Positions 53,470 through 64,000 of a stretch of 64,000 nt of DNA are shown here, piece after piece. Under the pieces are notes generated by a model. It searched no databases, was not told the DNA's origin, and saw only the letters and a program-made list of their open reading frames with translations. Position numbers and translations under genes: made by a program. The stretch lies in NCBI GenBank assembly GCA_964035545.1, contig OZ037768.1:18273700-18337699 (forward strand), written 5' to 3'. Position 1 is the stretch's first letter, and each line of letters starts with the position of its first letter. Source of the DNA: Bugula neritina. Its lineage: Eukaryota > Animalia > Bryozoa.

Positions 53470-56400
53470 TTATAGTGATCTATCTATCATTCTTTGCTCA
53501 TCATCTGGTTCGCTGACTGGTGGTGTGTCAGGCTGGTAGTCCGCTGTCTGGTCGTTATGAGGATACGCTGGAGGCGTGGGTTTATAGCTTACGTCTGCTG
53601 GTGTCATTATTAAAGGTTGGTTCTCAGCTTTACCCAAGGACCTCTTTTCTTCATCCAGCACTTTAGGGACACCCGTCTCAATATTAAAGCTGCCATTCTG
53701 TCTAGGTTTCCTAGTCTTTTTCTCCTTTTGCTTTCGAGAGCATACGACCACAATTACGACTACAATTATGATTAGTACCAGTATTCCTATGACCACTCCG
53801 ACAATTATTGCAATTGGTGGTTTTGGCTCTTCTGAAGTTGTTGGCTCTTGAATAACCTGTGCGTTAGCAGATGCTGGATCAACTATACCATCGCACGGAC
53901 CTTGAGACAAGAACTCAACGCTGAGTACTTTGAACGGACTAATCTTGTCCTGGAATGATTGCTGTACCTTATTGCCATCAAACACCATATCTCTGTACAC
54001 TTCAACAGACTCTGGGCATTCATCAGCAGGAGATTTGCTGTTCTGTTCTTCCAATGAGTATTGTACAACTACAGATCCTTGTTTGACAGAGAGAATATGG
54101 ACGTTGGCATTTGTAAATACACCTTGTAACTTTTTGTAAATGCCGATTTGTTTAGCTTGAGTATTGGCAAACACCGAATATTTTTCATCAATTTTTAAAG
54201 TGAACAGATTTGTTGCAAGAGGAGCATAACTGTTATCTATGACTTTAACTGTTATATCTTCTTCCACTTCTGCACCATTAGAGTCTATGGCTACCAAAGT
54301 GTACTGAGACTCCGTGACTGGCTTGTCCCATGTTAAGGCTTTCAGTGTGCGGGTATTTGAATCAAGGGTTATCCATCCCTGCGACTCTTCCAAGCTACCC
54401 ACAATCAACTTCACTTTTATTTTAGATAAATCAACATCTTCCTGGTAAAAAAAGCAAATCAACTTTCATTAGAATACTCATTATATATTTTTAATTGCTC
54501 CGCCAGATAATTGCTCAGACTCAATTAGTTTTAACCCGAGATCAACCAATGATAGAAGATAACTGTTTGTTCTATTCAAATGTGTATATTAGTTAGTTCT
54601 GGGAATTGAAAGATAAATAATAAATGAACACAAGGGCTTTAGCTTACAATGTTGATTATATCTATACATTCTATTTTCACCTGCCCATAATAGCTTCAGG
54701 AGCCAAAGTGTAGAGCTAGATATTTGCTTTAACTGTTAGCTACTGCAGAGATATTTAATCTAAATTCTATGAGCTAAAAATTAAAATGCTAATCAAGTTA
54801 GCAAAGTGTAAACTTTAGAAGTTTGACTGCATTGGAAGACTACAAGCTGATTAAGTCAGGTGTAGCTTTAATATGTTTTTAAAGTATTTTATTCAAGTTG
54901 TATTTTTTAATAACAAAATCCCAGGTCTTAATCTATTTAAAATTTGTAATAACAAACACACTATTGATTATATAGTGTACTATTATATAATACTCACGTA
55001 GTCAGTAAATAAGTTTATAGGAAGTACACTTTCATATAATTTTCCAACTTCAACTTCTAGCATCTTGAACTTGGCCATTTCGATGTTATTAACTTCTGGT
55101 ATCCTGTTGCTGCATGGTGCTATTTGACTAACTGACTTGACTTCCACTACAACCAGCTGGTCACTAGACCCTTTAATCTGCACCTCTTTGCCAACGAGCT
55201 CCCTTATCTGTGCCAGTGACTCACTACAATTGATCAGATTGCAAGCTGATGGACATGATGTTGAAAACAATATATACAACTTGCACAGACTCGAGAGAAA
55301 TATCTCAATTAAGACTGAAATTAACAAACATAAGTGAATATTCATGAAATAATATAGTAAAGGAGCAGCCATGGTCTAGGGGTTAGAGCGTTTGCTCAGC
55401 AAGCACGAAGTCATGGGTTCGAGCCCTGACAAAGGTCTTTGGTGATGTTAAGAAGAGCATTCAGTCATAATTGCTTCTGTGCCCCATCTGAATAAGTCCT
55501 TAGCTCGATTTTTACCAAAAAACCCTTTCCATCAAGAGTTTTTTCACAGGGATGGCGACTTGTGTGGGTTTTATATAGTAATGCCACAATAAATTAGTGA
55601 TAAACTTTTAGGAAACTGCGTACAATACTGTTATTACAAACCTGTTTGTGTTTTCAGGACATGTATCAGGTGGAGGTCCTCTGTTGTCACCAAATGATAC
55701 CATAAATTCTCCTCTGGCAGCATCACGTCTTACATTTGTAATCAGAATGTTAGAAAAGCTCGCTTGTTCAGCCAAGGTCAAGGCTAAGTATGCACCAGCT
55801 GTTGGTTCAGTCAGCACTGGCACTTTTTTTATCAGCAGGGTGTACGTCTGAAACAGAGCAGCCTCAGCTTATTCAGTAATGGACTCTAATACAAGGCCAG
55901 CTATGCTTGCTAGAAGTTTCTTAAAATTAGGTGGAGAGGACAACTAAAGTATGTGCCCATAAATTCAATGCTTTGCAGCATCTCAGAAATAAAGCGAAGT
56001 TTAAAATAATTTTGCTTCGACTGGGATTCGAACCCAGGGCCTCTGGCTTGCAAGCAGGCGCACTACCATTACACCATAGAGACTACTGGGTAATCTCAAC
56101 ACCAAGTTAGTTGAAAAGGTTTAGTTTTTAAAAATAAAAAATATGATTTTTTTATTAATTACACTTCACTTTGTTGGCCCATCTCTAGTAGATAGCATTC
56201 TAATATGTAGCACCAGGTCACCTCTAGAACAATACACCAACTCACCTCCAGTACGTTGTCTTTCCTGGAACTACCATGCTGAACATATATTGTAGCATCT
56301 ACACTTGCACCTAAGGGATCAGTAGCAGTAAGCCTTAGCTCCTCCGTGTTACCAGACAGAGATTCATCAGCTAATGTTACTAGCTCGTACTGTCCGGAAA

Positions 56401-59400
56401 ATTTGTCAGTTACTAGCCATTGGTTTTTGTTGGAATCGCTAGTAACGCTGTACTGTAAAACTCCCCCTTCCTGCAAGATATAATTCCCTTTTATATTTAA
56501 TAGGGAAAATACATTCTATGTAAACATTGATATGGGAAAACTTACTGACTAAGTTGGCCAGCATACAAGTTTGCTACAGAATAACACAAATTTGGTTCAT
56601 TTCTTATGCGTAAAAACTATCTTAAAACTCCTATGTTCAACAAAAAAACAGTGCTTCATATTTCTTAAATATTTGAAAACATTTCATAATATGCAAAATA
56701 TTACTATTCGATTATCTTCATTTCTATCACTTTTTCAGTGACAGGATATAATTTCATGGATTGATACCAGAAATGTCATGCTGCACTTAGTGTATGCAGA
56801 GTATATACTGTGTTTATAGTCATAGTAAAGTCAAGCACATGTTCCAATTTATTTATTAATCTGTTTTCATAATTGTCTGCTCCTACAACTGAACTTTATT
56901 TTATCAGCACAATACAATAAACACGTAGCTTATTCCACATCAGATCCATGAGCTCATTATTCACAGGTAAATCTGTGACCTAATATGCTAAATAAGTCAA
57001 GAGCATACAATTTTCAAAGTGGAGCAAAAAACTAATTTTCACCTTCAAAACAGAATGACAACTTATATGTTGAAGTATTTTAAGCCATAAAATAAGAAGT
57101 TCTTTATGGGTAATAAACTTTAACTGCTCATATTTTCATTTTGTAGGTGCTTTTCCAAGACCACTAGACAAATAGACTTACTGTGGCACACATAGGTGTT
57201 TATACTTGAAATAAAGCTGAAAATATGCTGATTGAAAATAAATGAGATGGAAGAATCATAATAAATTGGTTCCAAATATTTCATGTTATAACTGAGTGGA
57301 CTCAAAACTGGACAGAACATTACATAAAAACACTTGTATTTTAGTCAAATACCAAGGTCATGTATAGAGTAATAAAGTTAACATTGATTAACACAGCTAT
57401 CCTGACTATCCGAACATAAATTAATAAATCAATATATATATCTAAAGATGGTCATCTATTTATGTTCATATAGGTACTAACCAATGTCTAGTTTATTGCT
57501 GTGATGACGGCCAAGATACAATTGTTATCATACTTTATTCAGTTCTAACATTTAAACTAGGTATTTTAAACTAAAATGTAAAGTCATAGTCTTGAAATTT
57601 TGCAAGGATTTTGCTGGCTAAAAGATAATAAACACTGCAAGACAGCTGTTAAGCTTATTCTAAAACTTTGTAGTACAAACAGTTATAATTAAATATGTAT
57701 TGTTTCTGAATACATAAATCATCAAAACTGCAACATAAAAGACTTTAACTCACGGGATCAGTGAAGAGTCCACTAGGTAATGTCCACCTGAATAGCTCCC
57801 CTCCGTAAGCTGGAACTGGTGGTGGTACAAGATTGTTGTTTAGCTCTGGAGCCAGGTTGTTTGTTTCTTTCTGTCAGCAGAAAATATTAGCATTCAAACT
57901 CTCATCACATTTTGCAAACTTTGCCAACTAAAAAACTCTTGCGTTATTTATTTGATCACTGATATCGGTGGCTGTTGCTGTATGTATAGCTGGAAATGAG
58001 AGGTTTCAAACATAACTCAAATGCTATTCATAGCTAGTTGTTCATGACTTTCGTTACTGATAAAGCAATGGGCAAGTGGTTGAAAAAATCTTGAAACAAC
58101 CTTCCTTTTGTATAGAGTGATTGTAGGAATTGAAGATTTTGAATAAGTGTCTTTCAGACTGGAATATTTAATATTCAGGAATAACCTATCAAACCACTAA
58201 CACACAATGATCAACTGCAATGTGATTCCTCGACATGTATTCGGATGACGTCCAATAAAGGCTACTTGATGCCGCCACCGGTATTGCCTTGGGGAAACAC
58301 AAGTTGTTATTTAGGTCCTTTAAATTCTTTCACATTATCTTTAGAAGCCAAGCAAATGTAAGTCGCTTCCATTATTAATGTTGGTGTTTGTTAGAAATCA
58401 TAAATCATGTCGCTAGAAGCTTAAGAGACCCGCAGATCAATGAATACTTTGAAAACAAGCCCAAGCTACACTATCTGAGTCATAATTAATTAATTATATA
58501 TTATTATTTAGTGTACTGCTAAGAGACTGCTGTTAAAAGAAATTCGGAATTCTGAATTAAAAGCAATTTTGAATGTCTGGAATTAGATTTGGAGTCAGAA
58601 ATTTTCCCTACACGCACAACATGATTTTATCAACTGCCAAAAATGAAATCTTAGACTTTTCATTTTGGTATGTTAGCTGCTTCAAAGCGCAGTACTCTAC
58701 TATGCCCTAATAATTCTTGAATAAGTTTAGTACAACATATGATAAACATAAATACCTATAAGTACTAGGGCCTAGGCAGTTTCTTTAAGATTGCAGTCAG
58801 TAAAGTTGAAAAAATGCTTTGCAGGTAAATTAATTGTACACCTTATCATATATACAGGTAAATTCATTGTACAATTTATATCTTAAGATAATTAGACTTA
58901 GCGTGGTTCTACAATTTCACTTTCAACATAAAATATCATATTCATATCTGCAGGCTACAAATAAGTTATGTTTTAATATAATACTCAACTATCAGCTTTA
59001 CTAACCTGGGTGGTGGCTTCTGTTTCAGAATTGTCAGTTGTGGTGGCTGTGCTAGATGTAGTCGGGGCTTTGGTGGTTACCGCTTGAGTTGGCTGTGCAG
59101 TGGTTGGCGTAGATGCCCTACAGTAATTAGTAAAGTGACATAAAAAATAATAAAACATAAAACAACTATTAGAAATATAATCATATAGAAATAAATTTTT
59201 TATACACCCTTTTGTGTATTTTCATGGAGTAACTAGTTTGCCTTAAAAACAGCAATACTTGAGTTCCTGTCATTATCAAAAGACTTTCTAAAAGTAAACC
59301 AGATATTTTCATAATTTGTTGTAGCCGAGGGCAGATTACTCCCCATCAGTGTAATAGAAATATGTCAAACCAGTTTCTGGGGATATCAAATTTCGCAAGC

Positions 59401-62400
59401 CATTGGCTCGTGTTAAGAAACAAACAACATTTTTTAATGACATTTTTCAGTTGATACTAGATTCTTGAAAACTAGAGAGAGCTGTGAAATTGAAGCTAAA
59501 CGAACCGATAGGTTATTTTCTAGGTTGTAGCTCATGTTACATTCTCTGCTAATTACTCTGGTATTATATACTTTGCAGGCTGTGTGTTTTATAAAGCTTT
59601 ATTCACAAATCAAAGACGGGAAAAATACTATATAAAATATTATAAGTTGCGCTGTTAATGCTATACTTTGTACCGTGTAATTAATGACACTTATTGTTTT
59701 TATTCATAATAGTTTATTTCAGCAGTAGTTGTTGAAAATTACTTGGCAATTCTGAAAACATGGTTTAGATGAAAATTAATCAATTTCAATTTAACTTTAC
59801 TTTTATCCAAAGTAGCTACAGCTGTTTCTAGTGCATCACAACTTTAGCAAATTTTAAAATTATTTCAACAACTTAACATTTTCATTCCAACTGATTTATG
59901 TAAATCAAATAAATTTTGATGTTGTGTTTAGGGCACAATAGTATAGTTTGAAAACACTACAACTTTTTTTAATAACTAAATTACGACTCTGCAAACCTTT
60001 GATGAAGCTATGAAAGAGTCTTTCAAAAATTCAATTAAGAAATTGCAAGATGAGTTTATTGTCATACATTCACGATTTGTTAATACAAAGTGTATTTATA
60101 GAATTGTTTTGCTCCAATTATTGGAGATGTATTGAATGCTGATTGATTGCAGTTCAAATGTAAAAATAATTCATTAAAGACTTGATGATGTAATTGGTTA
60201 AGGAATAGGCATATGATGAACACAGCCAACTGTTCAAACCATCTCGAGGAGCACTTGTTACTAATTCTGTCTTGTAACAGTAATGCGAGTTGATATTTCT
60301 ATAGACACTGTAATAGTTACACAAGCAATTGACATTTTTGCATCAATTTTCATTTTATGCTAATTCTATATTCACTTGTATGGCTCTAATGGAATCTGGA
60401 ATTACGGCAAGATATTGACTTTTTTCATTCATGAGTGAAACTAAAAAGATTCTCTGTAAACAGAAATAAAAGATATGTAACAGTTTTTTAATGCACCTGT
60501 TAAAACTTCTGATAGATAACTTACTCTATTGTGTACAAAACTCTTCTTAAAAATCTGACATCTATGATAAAGTGGCTGGTTTTATGTAACCTCATTTGCA
60601 TAACAAAAAGTACACAAGAAGTGTAAAAAATATATTAATAAACATTATTAGCTGCCATGTTGACACATGAGAAAATGGTAGAGGCAGTGTGTATAACGTG
60701 TCTTGTGAACCAATATGTAAGATGATCTATTAAGTTGTAATTATTTCTGTAAATAGCTGATAATGTCTGAATCAGGAGCCTTAGGGAATGCTACTAAAGG
60801 AGCTAATATTGCAATGGTTTCTATATGCCCAGGAAGCTTGCTTATGCTTTGTTGTGAAATAAACAATGCTTTGCTGTTGCATTATTCAGTTTGTTCAGCA
60901 ATTATTAGGTTCAGAAGCGAGTAACAAATCAATGTTATTATGTGCACAGCACCAATTCATGAGAATAGCCTGTTTTTCTAAATTGATATTATCTAAGCAG
61001 GGTCGCATGCAAAACCAAACAGTATTTTTTACCGACATTAATATTTTTGGGCGCCAGTCACCCAAATGCACTAAATCACCCCTGCATCATACTGAGCGTA
61101 ATAGTTGTAACTGCAAGCAGTCCCGTATTTCACTGTATATAACTGATAACTTTCTAAATGCTAAATGCAAAAATAAATAAATGTCTCACTATTTACATGT
61201 AAATGTTTGGCTTGTTGTGAAATGTAGAAATCAATATTAAAAAACCACAGCTCTGACATTTAACATTCTCTATATCAGCAGATGTGTGAATGTATTCATT
61301 CATCATTTAAAATATCTGTTGAAGTTAGTTTTGAGGCACAAGAAGCGAGATAATAATCATGGTGGTTGTGAAGACTCATTCTAAAACATTTTTTTAACAA
61401 AGCAGTGAGCAATTAGACGTGATAAGTTATCTCATTTCATCATGCAGTATTATATAAAAATGAGTAAAGAGATGACGAGTAAATCAAGCGCAAAGTCTAC
61501 ATGTCTGTGAATCAACTCTGATAAAAAGATTAGCCTTTTATATGTGAATCTGTAAGCTGAATCAAGCGACAAAATGTGCTAGAATTACATAAAGCAGCAT
61601 AATAAGATTGTTAGTGTGCAGCACGTGAAGAAGTAGTTACGGTAGTGAGTAGATATAGTAAGGATTCTGGTACTTACTGGGTAGTGGTAGATTCTCTATC
61701 TACAAAAAAGAACCACTTCATAAGACAATTCTTAGTATAAGCTATTTTTTAACACTCAATAAAAAACAATTTTTTTTCAATGTGAAATAGCAATTGGTTT
61801 TTAGATTCAGATTCAGCCTTATTTTGATGCCAAATATCGCAATAGGAAAACATAACTAGTCCTTATTGAGATTAAATGAATATGCGCTTCAGTGTATCAA
61901 ACCACCTCTCAGATTTCTTTAAATTTCAATGAGTAATTATTGCATATATATGTATCAGCAAAATCAGGTAATAATATAAATTTTCCTTTTTTTCAATTTC
62001 AAAAAAATTAATTTGGGCAAAATTTTAATATGGTAATTAAAACTAACTGCTATTACAACTTTCAATGAAATAATAAACTAGCAGTCACATGACTTAAAAC
62101 TACAGCAGTAAGGTAACAGAAAGCTCTTGATATCGACAGCTGGCCTATCAGAAATAAGTTTGTAAGAAATGCTGGACATGTGCAAGCATCTATTTTCTGA
62201 GTGCATTAGGTGAAATCACTGCACATTTTAATTGTCTTCTGCCTGAATGAAATTAACTAGAAATGATTGGGTTAAACTTTGTTAAACAATAGCTCAAATA
62301 TTTCATACTACAATCACACTTTTCTCTGCATATATCTGAAAAGAATTACAGCATTATTTTGATTTTTAGTCACAAAAGTGAGCATTGTCATTTTAAAGGT

Positions 62401-63840
62401 GAGTGCGCAATAACTTCAACAAACTAGTGATACAACTACAGAAAAACAACAACAATCGTTTTATTAAATGTTTGCTTGACTAGATTTTAGTTTAAGTTTA
62501 TATAAGGTGCGATGTATCGCATTACAAAGGATGGTGATTGAAAATAAAACACCGAGCAGCTTAGTAAGCTGTGTAGTCACGCCATTTGCATTGATCTGTT
62601 TTCTTCGGGTCTCTTTCATTACATGCCAGCTATTATTCTGACTTTTAGTCACCATGCTTCAACAATTACTTCTTAATAATTGCTTTTGTAATTGTTGAAT
62701 TGAATTTCTTACTGACTTTTTATCCAACATGCTATAATGCACCTCCACTATGCATTATTAATAAGCCAAAGAAGACAGTATAACTTAAGCTGCTGGATAT
62801 AGTATAGTCAAATACACTGGAGGAATTTGAGATCTTAGATTTATAACAATATTATGACACACAGGAAATGCAGTAAAGTACATAACAATACAATTTTTAT
62901 GAGCCATTAAAGCTCATAGTCCATAATACAGGTTATCATGATCAGTCAACCAATGAGATAAGCGTGGGATTTTAGACAGCCCACCTTGAGATTAGCCCTT
63001 AATTACAAATGCAACGATACACTTTAGGAGGTGCACACTTTTAGTGTAAAAATACTAAAGAGCCTAGCCTAAGTTGAGGCCATGTTTATTCGATAAAACC
63101 TATTGTTGAAAAGTTGAGAAAAATTGAAAAAGCTTGAAATACTCGAAAACCCCTACCAGATAACCTGACCCAACTTGAAATACTCTAGAACGCTTACCAG
63201 TAGTGCTAAAAGTTGGTGTGATTGTTGCCGTCACCAAAACCTGCCTTTTCAATCTTCTTTTGGTCGGAACCTTTGGCTGGTTACTTTGCACTTGCCAGCC
63301 ACTAATTGCAAAGCCAAGAGTTTTGCCCAAAGTACCGTCTTTAGCAGAAGTCTCCAGTTTCTCCAAGATGTCCATGTGTTGGGTTTTGACGGCTCCACAC
63401 CCAACAATCCAGCTGAGGACACTCAGTTTCCCCTCAACTGGCTGGCTGTCACCTCCTCCAGAGACCAGAGCTTCACTGGAGTCCAGCTCTTCGCCATCTG
63501 CTGTCAGAAAAATGTGCTCAGGGTTCAAGGACAAATGTGCTGCCGCCTTGTATACTAAACCCATTTTCTGAGAGTTGGACAAGTCTTTGATGTCTTCATT
63601 GATTTTTGTGTACACGACTGTGATTGAATCGTGAGGCTTGCATACTATCTGCTCATTGGATTTAGCGGGCTGGGCAACTTGGTTTTTGGTTGATTGCACA
63701 ACGCCGATGGCAAACATCTCTTCACCAACAGTTAGTATGTAGACACCCCTGTCTTTGGCTGTCGGAATACCGGTCAGCTTGTTGGTGTCTTTGTCAAACT
63801 CCAACCAAGATGGGAGTCCTTGACCACCAGTTTCTTTCAC
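53470..63840 (-). CDS. DAG1: Dystroglycan (alpha/beta precursor), 5' end outside window
   Basis: Exons 63840-63198, 61699-61678, 59117-59006, 57870-57754, 56470-56246, 55847-55642, 55223-54998, 54441-53470 splice in frame. Ig-like LPSWLEFD...LTGIP, S6-like domain with LSWIVGCG, furin-type site KRRLKR, Thr-rich mucin region, further Ig-like domains, SEA cleavage motif KQG|SVVVQY, transmembrane helix, basic juxtamembrane stretch, GVPKVL and PPAY. Confidence 0.92.
55361..55560 (+). mobile_element. tRNA-derived SINE family A, copy 4 (most complete)
   Basis: Head with A box tggtctagggg and B box ggttcgagccc followed by about 130 bp body shared with three other copies in the window. Confidence 0.82.
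56003..56105 (-). repeat. tRNA-like repeat family B, copy 3
   Basis: Minus strand ggtgtaatggtagtgcgcctgcttgcaagccagaggccctgggttcgaatcccag; perfect T-arm, defective acceptor and anticodon stems. Confidence 0.75.
60860..61120 (-). pseudogene. Possible decayed hAT transposase fragment
   Basis: Minus-strand reading gives WCCAHNNIDLL (CxxH-like) downstream of a TDGA-like segment; interrupted by stops/frameshifts; may extend further through the intron. Confidence 0.3.
62400..62700 (-). mobile_element. Possible decayed non-LTR retrotransposon reverse transcriptase fragment
   Basis: ORF 62464-62655 contains TKLLGVLFS, resembling the K(L/Y)LGV motif at the RT C-terminus of LINEs; otherwise degenerate. 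Confidence 0.35.
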
Positions 63841-64000
63841 CTGTAAGAGTAATAAGCACAACTTATGACTAAAGTACTACATAGTATTGTCAAATTTTCT
63901 CACACAACAATAAAATGACTATTGAGAACTAGTGGCCATCAATGAAGATAAAATTGAACTTTCTATTGAACAAATGGAGAGACACGAGTAACTATGGCAT

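Noticed and set aside
57960-57989. Possible 30-nt dystroglycan cassette exon
   Set aside because: Weak donor (gtgatc) and the Thr-rich reading is not in the phase of the host intron.
63175-63571. Antisense ORFs over coding exons (also 25923, 38178, 49844, 53930, 55137)
   Set aside because: Shadow ORFs on the opposite strand of real exons.

Overview
AT-rich, intron-rich eukaryotic (invertebrate metazoan) genomic DNA; no prokaryotic features. By manually splicing GT-AG exons I can assemble six multi-exon protein-coding genes: DNAAF9/C20orf194 (+, 5' end outside window, ends 13053), ST7 (+, 16105-23120), Wnt2 (-, 29806-24773; tail-to-tail with ST7 as in vertebrates), HDHD5/CECR5 (-, 39030-32430), UBA1 (+, 44300-52099; divergent from HDHD5) and dystroglycan (-, 5' end outside window, ends 53470). 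Introns carry two tRNA-related repeat families, hAT-Charlie and Tc1/mariner-type elements with clear TIRs/TSDs, foldback-like elements, micro/minisatellites and degenerate 6-bp-periodic tracts. Best leads: a UBA1 Met1(NLS)/Met30 dual-start architecture mirroring human UBA1a/UBA1b, a candidate spliced HDHD5 leader with a 44-nt mini-intron and three uORFs, microexons in dystroglycan and DNAAF9, a dystroglycan lacking the terminal PPxY motif, tandem repeats beginning exactly at splice donors, and a tRNA-like repeat conserved on its 5' flank. I did not find a demonstrably new biological system; gene identities rest on remembered protein motifs and exon boundaries were read by eye.
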